From positions 1 through 64,000 of IMG/VR virus record IMGVR_UViG_3300017957_000012: DNA of 64,000 bases; one strand, 5' to 3'. This DNA comes from a virus. A program made the translations under genes and the position numbers. This document shows, piece after piece, positions 37,058-48,900 of the stretch. The notes under the pieces are model-generated. The model was given only the letters and a program-made list of their open reading frames with translations. It had not been told where the DNA came from and ran no database searches. Numbering within the stretch: position 1 is the first letter of the stretch; every line of letters starts with the position of its first letter.

Positions 37058-40000
37058 TTAAGTGTTGTTTTTCAATTGGTCAATTTGAGCCTGCTGCTCC
37101 TTAATTGCTTCAATCAAAACACTTACCACGTTACCATACGCAACACTCTTCAACGTAGTAGCTTCATCAGTATTCACTACTTGAGGAATAATGTTTTCAA
37201 CTTCCTGAGCAATGAGTCCAATCTTCTTATCAGATTCACCGATGAGATTATATTCAACACCTCTCATAGCTAATACTTTAGTAAGAGCATTTTCAATATC
37301 AATAACATTTTCTTTCAAGCGTTCATCGGAGTTTGTAGTAATATCGTTAGTAGCGGTCAAGCTTCCAGATACATTAACTACACCATCGCTACCGCCGGTT
37401 AAATTACCTTCAACATCAAGATTACCATCGACGTCAATATTTTCAACAGTAAGCTTACTTGTCGAGGCTTGGTAGAAGAAGTTACTGACACTAGAGCCAG
37501 CTGGATTGGCACCTGTTGTAGCATAAAGCGTTCTATTACCCGAACCACCCTGTACGAACGTTACGAATAATGCCGTAGTTTGTAGCCCGCTAGCGTAAAT
37601 ATTTGCTACGTCGACTGAAGAAGTTGTTCCCGTTCCTCCAGTACCCTGATTACCTTGTACACCTTGGAAACCAATCGCACCCTGTGCACCGGGCGCTCCT
37701 GCACCAGTCGTACCCTGTGGACCTAAGAAACCCTGAAGCCCCTGTGGACCTTGGAAACCTTGTGAACCCGCTGCAGTAGAACCGTCGTAACCCTGTACAC
37801 CTTGTAAGCCATCGGCTCCGGTAAATCCTTGTGGTCCTTGCGCACCCTGTGTACCTTCGCTTGCGCTACCATCTCCACCTTGTAAGCCCTGCATACCTTG
37901 CGGACCTTGGAAACCATCGAAACCTTGAACACCTTGGCTACCGTCTAGTGCTGCTTCTGCAGGACCCTGAACACCCTGGAAGCCTTGCGGACCTTGGAAA
38001 CCTTGTACACCATTACCACCCGTACCTGTTGTTCCCTGAATACCGTCAAAGCCTTGAAGACCCTGAATACCCTGTGTTCCGCCAGATCCTTGTCCAACAG
38101 TACCCTGGAAGCCTTGGAATCCTTGTATACCTTGTACACCTTGCCCACCGAGCGAACCCGATCCCTGAAGACCTTGTGGACCTTGTAAACCTTGAACACC
38201 CTGTGGACCTGTGCCGCCTGATGCAGTAATACCCTGCGGTCCTTGTAGACCTTGCATGCCCTGTAAACCTTGGACACCTTGGCCACCATTTCCGCCACTA
38301 CCTGCATTACCCTGAAGACCCTGTACGCCTTGAACACCTTGAATACCTTGGGCACCACCACTACCTTGACCGGTTGCACCGTCGTTACCCTGTATCCCTT
38401 GGACGCCTTGGTCACCAATTATACCTTGGAAACCTTGAGCACCTTGGTTACCTGCCCCGCCCGAGCCTACAAAACCTTGCGGACCCTGTGGACCTTGTAA
38501 ACCTTGAACACCTTGGGTACCCGCACCCGCAGGACCCTGAATACCTGGGCCACCGTCTGTACCTTGATAACCTTGAACACCTTGAGTACCTTGTGCGCCA
38601 GCACCACCGTCGTCACCCTGTAGGCCTTGAAGACCCTGAAGACCCTGAATACCCTGCGGACCGGCTGCTGCTGCGCCACCGTCTTGTCCTTGGATACCCT
38701 GTAGGCCTTGAAGACCCTGAACACCCTGAACACCCTGTGGGCCATCTGCACCAATGTCACCGGTTCGAGCAAATGTAATAATAACATCGTCGCCATTTGT
38801 GAATGTTCCAGTTCCGAGTGATCCGTCAACGTAAGAAGACTGTACTCGTGTATATGACCCAGCATCTACATTACTTCCATCAATTGCGTAAAGAACAAAG
38901 TCTTCTGGCGCATTCTTTCTCGATATTCTATAATGACCTTTAATAGGACTTGTAGAATCGTCAATGGTTTGTAAGAATTGGCTAATATCGATAAAGTTGT
39001 CATCTCTATCGTGAATTGCAAGTTCATCAGCAGATGATGCAACAGCGTTATTAAGCTTGAGGTTACCAGCGGCCGGATTGGTTGCCATATCCGTACCACC
39101 CGTGGCGGGTGGCCCGACGAATGTGTAATCAAACGTTACACCACCAAATCCACCGGCCGCACCTTGGAAGCCTGGACCACCTTGCAAACCTTGAATACCT
39201 TGTGCACCTGCACCGTCATTACCTTGTAGGCCTTGAAGACCCTGAACACTTTGAACACCCTGTACACCTTGAATACCCTGCGGACCATCGTCACCATTTC
39301 GGCTAAATGTAATAAAGACGTTTGGATTAGACGTAAAGTAAGCAGCGGTCGCACCAGATGAGGCTGCGATAAATGAACTTGTTAATACATAATTTGTTAA
39401 GCTGCTCGAGGTTCCAGTTACTGCGTAGAGTACGTAGATTGAAGGATCGTCGACCGAAATAACTTTATAGAATGCTTTAATCGCACCAGATGCGTTAACG
39501 ATATAATTCTGGAAGAATGTATCGAGATTGATACCGTTTTGCGTGGTATCACTAATTCGCATTTCAGTTGCAGAAGAAAGCGTGCCGTTATTAAACTTCA
39601 ATTCACCAGAAGGTACAATGCCTGTTCCGGTATCAGAGTTAAAGTCGTAGCTAAATGTTACGCCACCGGCTACACCTGCAAAACCCTGTGCTCCAGTAAA
39701 TCCTTGAACGCCTTGTACACCTTGGACACCCTGATCACCCTTTGGAATAAAGTTGATGATCGTTGAGTCACCATATACTGCTGCAGCTCCAGATTGCCAT
39801 GAAGTGCCTGGGTTGGCGTCAGTCCCACCTAGTAGACCACTGGCCACCCAAGAAATATCAAAGTGACCCCAATCTTTTCCTGTGCCAGTTGTGCTCCACG
39901 TCCAATTAGTAAATTGATAAATGACAAATTCGTATGAATCGTCTGTCGGATCTTTTGGAGTTCTAATAAAGATTTGACCTTCACCGACAGTATCTAAATA

Positions 40001-42505
40001 ATCGAACAACCCATCTACACGACGATCAGTTTCCGTAAGATCGTCAACGTATAATTCTGTTGCCTGAGTAACGTCAGTATTATTGAGCAACCAACTGTTA
40101 AGGCCTGGGAAGTTGGTTGCAGCACCTCCTGCAACACCAGTACTGCTATTAAATTCCCATCTAAATGTTAAGCCACCACTGAATCCAAGTAGACCCTGTG
40201 GTCCTTGAATGCCCTGTAAACCTTGATGACCTTGTAAACCTTGGACACCTTGTCTACCTTGCAACCCTTGAATACCTTGATCACCTTGTACACCTTGGGC
40301 ACCACCAATACCTTGAACGCCCGGATCACCTGTTCTTACGAACGTGATTCTAATATCTGCGTTATTCGTGAACGATGTTGCACCTGCAATATGGTTTACA
40401 TCAAATGTATGATAACCAGTTGAGTCTACAATTTCCGTATAATTAAATGTAGCGAAATTAGTAATGTCGGCCGCATCAATAATTCTGAGAAGACCTTTTA
40501 CACCACTTGCGTTAATGTCTAACTCTGTAAAGAGCGGAGAAAGATCATTTCCTGCATCATCAAGGTCGTCGATGTACATCTTAGTTGCTGAGCCAAAGGC
40601 AGCATTATCGAATCTTAAAATACCTTGGCCGGGATCGGCTGCTGATGTACTTGTGTCGAATGTATAGTCAAAGGTAAGGCCGCCGAAATCACCGACAGCA
40701 CCTTGAAGGCCTTGCGTACCTTGAGGGCCCTGTACGCCTTGTACACCTTGAATACCCTGTCTGCCTTGAAGTCCTTGAACACCCTGGAAGCCTTGCGTAC
40801 CTTGAGGGCCTTGGAAACCTTGCGCACCTTGTAGACCTTGAGCTCCTTGGATACCTGTAAAGCCTTGGAAGCCTTGGGTACCTTGAATACCTTGGTCACC
40901 AGTTCGGCTAAACGTAACAATAACTCGTGGGCTACCAGAATAAACGAGAGGTGTTCCTGTACCAACAAGGTGAGATACATCAATTTGTAACCAACCACCG
41001 TTATCAGTAACATCGGTAATTTGGAAAAGCTCGTACTTAGTAATATCACTTACTTGAGTAACTCTAATATAACCTTTCGAACTACCTGAAACAGAACCAA
41101 AGGATGCGATATAATCTGAAATATCAGTCGATGCACCTGCTTCAATAGCGTCAATATAAATCTCTGAAGTGTTTGATATTGTCGTATTATCATTAAACGC
41201 TATTGTTCCAAGGCCCGGATCTGCTTGCGCGGTAGAAGTTGTGTAATCATATTCAAAAGTTACACCACCATAAGAACCCGTTCTACCTTGGATACCGGTG
41301 AATCCTTGTAATCCCTGCACACCTTGAGGGCCCTGTACGCCTTGTACACCTTGGATTCCTTGTGGGCCTTGGAAGCCTTGGGTACCTTGGGCGGCTTGGG
41401 GACCTTGAATACCTTGCGCACCACCTTGGCTAAATGTGACGATACAATTTGGATCTGCAATAAGATCTGCCGATACAGCAGAACCTGCTACGTATGTTAC
41501 GTCAAATGTAAACCAACCAGTGTTGTCGGTAATTTCAGTAACATCATAGAGTAAGAATTTGGTAGGATCACCAATGATGGTGATTCGCATATATGCTTTT
41601 GATCCACCGATAACATTATCAAGTGAATTAAAGAAAGCTGAGATGTCAGTACCAGAAGGTCCTGCTACATCATCGATATAAAGCTGAGTGGAGAGCGCTG
41701 CGTCTCCATTGTTATACTTAAAGTTTTGGTTGCCAGGATCTGATGCTGTTGAGTTATTAACAAAAGCGTACTCAAATGTTACACCACCATACGAACCAGC
41801 ATAACCTTGAATACCATCATAGCCTTGAATACCTTGCACGCCCTGTGCGGCTTGAGGACCTTGAATGCCCTGTACACCTTGAACGCCTTGAATACCTTGT
41901 ACACCCTGCGCGGCCTGAGGACCCTGTGTACCTTGCATTCCTTGGAAGCCCAAATCACCCTGTACGCCTTGAATTCCTTGCGGGCCTTGATGACCTTGGA
42001 AACCTCTATAACCGCGAGATCCCTGAATACCCTCTTGACCAAGCGTACCCTGTAGACCCTGAATTCCTTGGTTACCTTGGAAACCCTGTACACCACGGAA
42101 GGAACCAATATTAATCCAATTCGTACCGTCCCAAATCCAAAGCTCATCGTCGGCTTCGTCAATAACACCGTCACCAATGTTTGGTGTAGGGAATGCGGCA
42201 GTGAGTGTGGCTTGAGGATCGCCTCCGGCGTCTACATCAGGTACTGATCCAATAATTGTGAAGCCTGGACCATAGTCACCTTGTAAACCCTGAACACCTT
42301 GGGATCCTTGAAATCCCGTAGTACCTTGCGGACCAGCACCAACGTCGACCCATTGCGTTCCATCTGAAAGTTTGATCGTCCCATTTTCTGCATAGACAAT
42401 CGCACCTTCAAAAGGAGCCGGGTCCAATTGAATAGGAAATTCCTGTGGTATACCCTGTCCAAGTGTAATCGTCTTGGACCCGATAGATCTAAATCTAGTC
42501 GACAT
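37058..42505 (-). CDS. Collagen-like (Gly-X-Gln) fibre with six globular inserts and a C-terminal S74 chaperone
   Basis: Long QG.QG.QG runs; six GG[VL]TF.[YW] domains; [11 protein letters not shown]...GLIAQEVE. Confidence 0.85.
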   Translation of the reverse strand: MSTRFRSIGSKTITLGQGIPQEFPIQLDPAPFEGAIVYAENGTIKLSDGTQWVDVGAGPQGTTGFQGSQGVQGLQGDYGPGFTIIGSVPDVDAGGDPQATLTAAFPTPNIGDGVIDEADDELWIWDGTNWINIGSFRGVQGFQGNQGIQGLQGTLGQEGIQGSRGYRGFQGHQGPQGIQGVQGDLGFQGMQGTQGPQAAQGVQGIQGVQGVQGIQGPQAAQGVQGIQGYDGIQGYAGSYGGVTFEYAFVNNSTASDPGNQNFKYNNGDAALSTQLYIDDVAGPSGTDISAFFNSLDNVIGGSKAYMRITIIGDPTKFLLYDVTEITDNTGWFTFDVTYVAGSAVSADLIADPNCIVTFSQGGAQGIQGPQAAQGTQGFQGPQGIQGVQGVQGPQGVQGLQGFTGIQGRTGSYGGVTFEYDYTTSTAQADPGLGTIAFNDNTTISNTSEIYIDAIEAGASTDISDYIASFGSVSGSSKGYIRVTQVSDITKYELFQITDVTDNGGWLQIDVSHLVGTGTPLVYSGSPRVIVTFSRTGDQGIQGTQGFQGFTGIQGAQGLQGAQGFQGPQGTQGFQGVQGLQGRQGIQGVQGVQGPQGTQGLQGAVGDFGGLTFDYTFDTSTSAADPGQGILRFDNAAFGSATKMYIDDLDDAGNDLSPLFTELDINASGVKGLLRIIDAADITNFATFNYTEIVDSTGYHTFDVNHIAGATSFTNNADIRITFVRTGDPGVQGIGGAQGVQGDQGIQGLQGRQGVQGLQGHQGLQGIQGPQGLLGFSGGLTFRWEFNSSTGVAGGAATNFPGLNSWLLNNTDVTQATELYVDDLTETDRRVDGLFDYLDTVGEGQIFIRTPKDPTDDSYEFVIYQFTNWTWSTTGTGKDWGHFDISWVASGLLGGTDANPGTSWQSGAAAVYGDSTIINFIPKGDQGVQGVQGVQGFTGAQGFAGVAGGVTFSYDFNSDTGTGIVPSGELKFNNGTLSSATEMRISDTTQNGINLDTFFQNYIVNASGAIKAFYKVISVDDPSIYVLYAVTGTSSSLTNYVLTSSFIAASSGATAAYFTSNPNVFITFSRNGDDGPQGIQGVQGVQSVQGLQGLQGNDGAGAQGIQGLQGGPGFQGAAGGFGGVTFDYTFVGPPATGGTDMATNPAAGNLKLNNAVASSADELAIHDRDDNFIDISQFLQTIDDSTSPIKGHYRISRKNAPEDFVLYAIDGSNVDAGSYTRVQSSYVDGSLGTGTFTNGDDVIITFARTGDIGADGPQGVQGVQGLQGLQGIQGQDGGAAAAGPQGIQGLQGLQGLQGDDGGAGAQGTQGVQGYQGTDGGPGIQGPAGAGTQGVQGLQGPQGPQGFVGSGGAGNQGAQGFQGIIGDQGVQGIQGNDGATGQGSGGAQGIQGVQGVQGLQGNAGSGGNGGQGVQGLQGMQGLQGPQGITASGGTGPQGVQGLQGPQGLQGSGSLGGQGVQGIQGFQGFQGTVGQGSGGTQGIQGLQGFDGIQGTTGTGGNGVQGFQGPQGFQGVQGPAEAALDGSQGVQGFDGFQGPQGMQGLQGGDGSASEGTQGAQGPQGFTGADGLQGVQGYDGSTAAGSQGFQGPQGLQGFLGPQGTTGAGAPGAQGAIGFQGVQGNQGTGGTGTTSSVDVANIYASGLQTTALFVTFVQGGSGNRTLYATTGANPAGSSVSNFFYQASTSKLTVENIDVDGNLDVEGNLTGGSDGVVNVSGSLTATNDITTNSDERLKENVIDIENALTKVLAMRGVEYNLIGESDKKIGLIAQEVENIIPQVVNTDEATTLKSVAYGNVVSVLIEAIKEQQAQIDQLKNNT

Positions 42506-42950
42506 CGTACTCTTCCGCCTGACCTAATGTGAATGATAAAGTAGCGTCAAGTGATAAATCTGCGCCAGCCTTAGCTTCTAAAGTATCCCCAGAAGCAAAG
42601 AACTGACCATTAAGCGGGATCGGAATAGTATCATAGGCTGGTACTCTTAAGTTTCTTACTAAATAAAATTCTAAATTTTCTACGAAACGATATGCTTTCA
42701 CATCGAGTGTTACAGTGTTTGCAGTTTTGTTAGAAACAATCAAAGGAGAAATAACTTCTCCAATGCCCGGCTCAATCGTAGTTGAACCACCGAACACAAG
42801 TTCTGGTACTTCAAATTTCGGAACATTAATTAGTTCTTGCCAGTTCGTAGACAATTCTAAGTTTTTTCCAACGGGCAACGCATCAGGGGCCTGAGTCGTT
42901 ACAATAACTGTAATCCCCGTATTAGCTTCAGTGTAACTTGTGTATGACAT
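42495..42950 (-). CDS. Small virion structural protein
   Basis: 151-aa ORF whose stop overlaps the collagen gene start; beta-rich, ...GDTLEA... type. Confidence 0.55.
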   Translation of the reverse strand: MSYTSYTEANTGITVIVTTQAPDALPVGKNLELSTNWQELINVPKFEVPELVFGGSTTIEPGIGEVISPLIVSNKTANTVTLDVKAYRFVENLEFYLVRNLRVPAYDTIPIPLNGQFFASGDTLEAKAGADLSLDATLSFTLGQAEEYDVD

Positions 42951-42965
42951 GTCTTTATTTATCCT

Positions 42966-45900
42966 TTAAATGCTAGCTCTACTATTAGAAGCTCGTCTTG
43001 CAAGTTTTCTTACTGATGAAGTAAATGGTCGACCCTCGATTCTTCCTGTTCTACCATTAATTCTCAAACCTCGTGCAAAGTATTGGTTATTCAATTCATC
43101 GGCACCAGACCATCTTACCCTACCACCGTCTTCACTGAGTACCGAGGCCAACGCTGAAATTGGAAGACCAAGGTTTCTAAAGTTAAGTGGCAATGCGTTT
43201 CTGTTAACACCTGCCGATGCACCATTAAACTGGTGAGCAATCGATTCAACAAGAGATCCGAACACAAGCGTTTCAGGTCTCATTACGTTGTCAATCAATC
43301 CCCAGTTAATCAGGGCTTTGACCATATCTCTATGATCATTATCTGGTGCAAGAGTAACGAGATAATCTCTCATCTTCGCCCAAGCTTGTACAAACGAGTT
43401 CAACAAATCAACATTGTTTGGACCATCGTTTATCCATGTTGCACCATTCCAATAATATACATCCCCTGCGTAGTTACCTCTTACGTCTCCGGTAAATACT
43501 CCTGAAGTGTTGGCCATCGCATTATTTATGTCAGTAGCAACAATATATGCGTGGTTCTTCTTCACTGCAAGATCACCTGTTCTACTTTGAATCTCAGCCA
43601 ATGCAGTCGTGTTATTTGAAACACTACCCATGTACTTCAGTCCAGTTGTTGTAGGATTAAAGACTGGGAATACATGCTGTCCATCAAAGTCAAAGAGCGC
43701 GGCAGTATAAGCTCGAGTTCTTTGTCTGTCCCCGTTATTCTGGTAATTATCACTAAGTGGTGGACCAGCCGGGTTAACGGTGCTAAAGTCTTGTCTAATT
43801 GCCTTCAGTAAGTTGAGACCATCTCTTCTCGTTAGATTAATGTCGATGTACTGATAAGTAGCATTGACAAATCTCACTGTATCAAAGGCGAGATCAATCT
43901 TATTGAACTCAAGTATAGAACTTACGTCTTTAACAACATCAGGTATCCAAGTATAATCAGGTTCCTCTATCGCAGGTAAGTATGTTGTATCATTATTTAT
44001 CTGAGTAAGATAGAAGATATTTGCCAAATCTTCAACTTTATTTGCTTCGACTTCTGTACCCGTGCCACTCTTCACCATTTGGCCAGGATATCTGCCAAGA
44101 ACGATGTCTTTACAAATGCGACCAAGATGCTGATAAGATCTTGCAGTAGGAACACGCTGATCTTCAGGAATGCGATAGATTTCGTTCCAGAAGTAGAAGT
44201 CTGCGTTCCATCTTGATGCTGTATTACCACCATAGTTAAGGTCATAACTAAATGCATCAAGGAGATAACCCGTATCTCTGCGACACTTATCTTTGTTGTA
44301 ATCGAGTACATCAAACTCTCTATGCAAGAAGTGAATAAGATCTTGAGCTAATTCTTGCTTATTATCTTCGATCATCTCGGCTGTAGCAATAAGATCTGCT
44401 GCTATCCAAGATGTATCCGGCTCTTCAAGGACTGGTAGGCCATTTAGAGAATCATTTCTAATTACACTTTCAATAATTCCAGTTAAGCTTTGAGCCGAAG
44501 CACCTTCGGTTGCCGTAGCAGCAGTTCCAGCAATAACTTGTCTTGTGTCTGTATAACTTGTGTTAGCTGCTGCTACATCAATTTGCTGTACGACATCGCT
44601 CATTCGAGCGCCAAGGAAATTGTAAATGTCTGCTGTTTGTGTTCTCGTGTCAGCAGGAAGTACGCTAATTCCATTTTCGAAGTAAATGCCGGCTGCTATG
44701 CGAGTAGCATAGTTACCACCGTATTGTACGTCGTGTGAAACGGCATCGATAAGGTAACCAACGTCTCTTCTGCACTTACCTCTTGGGAAGCTCAATCCAT
44801 TATAGGTTGTAGAGATGAAGCTAATTACTTGATCTGCTAAGTTTTCTGAAGCATTTTCAATCAAGTTAATAGAGTCTTTATAAACGTCTAGTATCCAATC
44901 AGTCTCTGGCATTACCATCGCAGGAATTGAAGTAGTTTCAGGTGTCGCATCATCTACTGCATTAGCGACAATCTTAACGAGATCTTCTACTCTCATACCA
45001 GTCATTGGGTTAGCAGCCACTTCAGCAAAGTCTTGAGTGCGTGTATTACCAACTGTTGGAGTAACAACCATTTCTCGAGTAATGTGATTCATTACTTTAC
45101 CCAAATGCAAGAATGCTTTGTTTGCTGGCTGTCTTTGATTGAGAGGTAGACCAACGTTTACACCGTTTTGGAAGTAATTATAAGCTGCATTAACTGTAGC
45201 TGCATTACCGCCATACTGAATGTCGTGCATTACAGCATCGACGATATAACCAGTATCTCTTCTACACTTAGTCTCGTCATAAGAAAGTGTATTGAAGTAT
45301 GTAGAGAGATGACCGAGTACACCATTTTGAATAGTTGGTTTCGTTGTTTCGAGTGCAGTATATGCACCTTGGAAAGCAGTCCCGTAAGAAGAAACAGTAG
45401 GCTCTTCAATTACTGGCAATCCATCGATACCATTTTCACCAATTGCTTCTGCAACAATAAGCATCAGTTGCTCTACGACTGCAGAGATACTGTTGCCGGC
45501 TGAAGCAGCCGAAGTATCTTGAGATTCTCCGTTTCCTGATGTTGGACTAACGGGATCGCCATTAGCAATCAATTCTGCTACTGAAGCAAGATGAGTAAAT
45601 GCTGCTGCTGTTGGCTCTCGCTGATTTTCTGGAAGTACGCTGAGTGCATTCTCGAAGTAAAGAATCGCGTTGTTTCTTGATGCAGTGTTACCACCATGCT
45701 GAGCGTCAAATGATACTGAATCAACAAGATAACCTACGTCTCTCTCGCACTTAGCTACATCATAGCTCAGTGAAGGTCTGTTGAGAGCAATCCATGCAGT
45801 CATTTCTTTTTGCAAGAATACTTTGTTATTCTGAAGCTGTGCTCGAGCATTGATTCTTTGAGCACTCACTGCATCAGTACCGAATGACATAGTATTGGCG

Positions 45901-48900
45901 TTTGCGTAATCTTCTGTGCCACCCATGATATTAATGATAGTATCAAAGGCCGCATTAACTCTTTGGTTTGCAGCGTCGTCTGTTACAGCGTTAGAAGCTT
46001 GTAACTTAGCATACTCGACTGCAGAGATTGTTTCTGTTAATTGCTCATTAATAACTGCATCGGCACCTACCGTTCCAATTCGATATGCTCGACCATTGAA
46101 GTTTGCGTTGAAATTAGATCCAGTTAATACATCTCTCTTTACAGCATCAACGAGCAATCCAACATCTCGCTTACACTTATCTCCGTCGAAAGTATAGAAT
46201 TCGTCATTAAGATAAGCAACGACTTCGTCGACAATAAACTCTTTATTGCGCTGGATTTGCTTACGTGCCACTGTTCTATTTGGATCTGCGACTGGCTTGA
46301 CCTCTGTTGTAGTCAAGTTATCGAGATCATTATCATCAACAACACCTGAGATGACATTGAACAAATCTCTTACCGCGGCAGCTGTTGTAGAATCAGCGGC
46401 TGTATTATCAAAGTTTTGATATGGACCAGTGCTAATTGAATCAGCGTCTGCAGAAACAAATGTATGCACAGCCTGACCTGAACCACCATCTCCAACATTC
46501 ATTGTAATTTCAGTAGCCGTTACTGCTGTAATTGTAACCGCCTGATCATAGTAAGGATGGTGTGCCTGGGGTGATGTATGGTTTGTAGGACCGCTACCCA
46601 TATCACACTGGAACGTAAATCCATTAGGCTTGAGCCAAACTTTACCACCAACTTGGAATGAGTGTGCACCAATCGTAGCAGTAAACACTCCAGTCGCTGG
46701 ATCGTATGTTGCATTAGTTGGACTATATGTTGTATACGTAGTTGCGTATGGAGTTTCTTGTACAACACTTTGGGCGACTGTAGCTAAGTGCTCAAACGCT
46801 CTCTTAGTTGGTACACGTTGCTCGATTGGTAAGATATTAGTTGCTTCTCTTAAACCAGAGACCGCGGCCAAATCGTCAAGTACTGAGAATTGACCTGTAA
46901 CTGGTACACTGAGAACATTGCGTGTTCTCAATTCTTCGTAAGAAGAAGCTAATCTTTCGTCGACAGTGAAGTAGTACTTGGCTGCTTCAATTGTCGAAGC
47001 GTTGCCACCATACTCAATATCCTTAGAAACCGCATCAGTAATGAGACCAACATCCCTGAAGCACTTGTCTTTATTATATGGAAGACCATTATGGAATTCT
47101 CTCAAGTACTTAATTACACCACCCTGCAGTGATTCTGTGATGCCGTCGATCTTATTAGAAGCGTCGAGTGTTGCAGCCGTAGTGTATCCTGGCTCAATAT
47201 ATGTTGGCAACCAATCAAGAGTATCTTCTCGAATAACTTTAGAAACAACTTCGATAAGGTCGTGTGTTCTAATCGAGTTAATATCTCCAGCGTCTGGGTT
47301 TGTCGTATCTTGTGCTTCTGCGTTACCAGTCGTTGGTGTAACTGCTTGTGCTCTTACGATAAGAGCTACTACATTAGCAAGGTGCTCCCAAGCTTCTGCA
47401 GTTTTAATTTTTTGATCTGCAGGTAATACGCTAACACCTTCATTAAAGTAAAGTCTTGCGAAGTTAACTACACCAGCATTTGATCTATGTGCAATATCCC
47501 AAGAAAGTGCATCAATTAAATAGCCCGTATCTCTGCGGCACTTAGCAGCGTCATATGAAAGATTCGGGAAGTTTTGTGTAATGTAAGCAATAACTTCTTC
47601 TTGTAAGAATGTCTTGTTAGCTTGCAAGTGAAGTTGAGCGTTACCAGCATCTGCACCAGCAGTTGCTGTCCCGTAATTAATTGCGTTAGCTGCACCGGTT
47701 CCATTCGTGAGAATATCAATAATTTCGTTAAACGATGCATTAGAAGCTGCAAGCTCAGTGCCATCGAGTCGATTAGCTACTTCATCTCTGATGTATCCAA
47801 TCGCTGCAGCAGTTTGAGTCAATTGATCAGAGATAACATAGTTGCCACTAGCTGTGCCGGCTCGATAAGCGAGGCCAGAGTAAATGGCGTTATAATTCGA
47901 TCCTGTTGCAACGTCTCTTCTGACAGCTTCAAGAATAAATCCTGTATCTCTTGAACACTTATCACCATCGAATACGAAGTATTGGCTATCGAGATAGTGC
48001 ATAACTTCTTCTTGCAAGAACGTTCTATTTGCTTGCAATTGCTCTCGAGCCCGTTGGCCGTGTGAGTTATATGTTGTTTTCGCTACGGCCTGGTTAATGC
48101 ATCTTACAAATGTGTGTGCACCACCGCCGCCGATACCAGAGTTAACTGTAATGTCGTCGCCGGCAACGTTAGTTACTTCCATTGGTGCATTAAAGTTTGC
48201 ATCACCTCTTCTTGGATATGAGTGCTCTGTAGCATTACCATCCTGAGCGCATGTAAACGTAAAGCTATAAGGTGCAAATTCAATCCAATCTCCAACAACA
48301 ATGTCGTGATTTGGAATTGTAATTACACTTACACCGTTAACTGGATTATAAGTTGCAGTCGATGGAGTGTAGTACTTCAGAATGCGTGATGGGTCTGTCC
48401 AAATAGTCGGATCAGATTCAATTGCACCTACATCGGCACTTACAAATGTATGAGCACCACCAGTCGACGCACCAACATTCATCGTAATTGAAGTTGAAGT
48501 AACGGCAGTAATCCGTACTGGTGCGTTATAGAATGGGTGGTGACTTTCTGGAACAGCGTGATTCGTTGAGTTTCCATCGAGAGTACATGAGAATACAATA
48601 CTCTCAGGTTTGAATTGAACGTAATCACCTTCGGCCAAGTTATGTCGACCGATCGTAGCTTCAAATACTCCAGTTGCAGGATCGTATGTTGCTGTACTTG
48701 GAGTGTAAGAACTAATGTAAGTACCAGATTTCACACTGTCCGGATTTGCGCTTACAAATGTATGTGCAGTACCATTCTCGTATCCACCCACATTAACTGT
48801 AATCGTAGTTGATGTAGTGGAGTTAATTGTAATTGGCGTTCTATATGCAGGATGCTGTCTTTCACCTTCGATGGCATCTGCAAGAGCCGATACAAACGTA

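Noticed and set aside
37640-42340. Short nucleotide repeats (accttg/ccctg) resembling a CRISPR array or satellite
   Set aside because: 9-bp codon periodicity inside a CDS; no constant repeat with unique spacers and no cas genes
37723-42462. Many overlapping 60-157 aa ORFs on both strands (KVFKVYRV..., TLYTLETL...)
   Set aside because: Shadow frames of the Gly-X-Gln collagen repeats; no independent signals
42956-42963. GATAAATA as a late promoter
   Set aside because: Only 5 nt from the ATG and overlapping the AAGGA SD; more likely part of the ribosome-binding region
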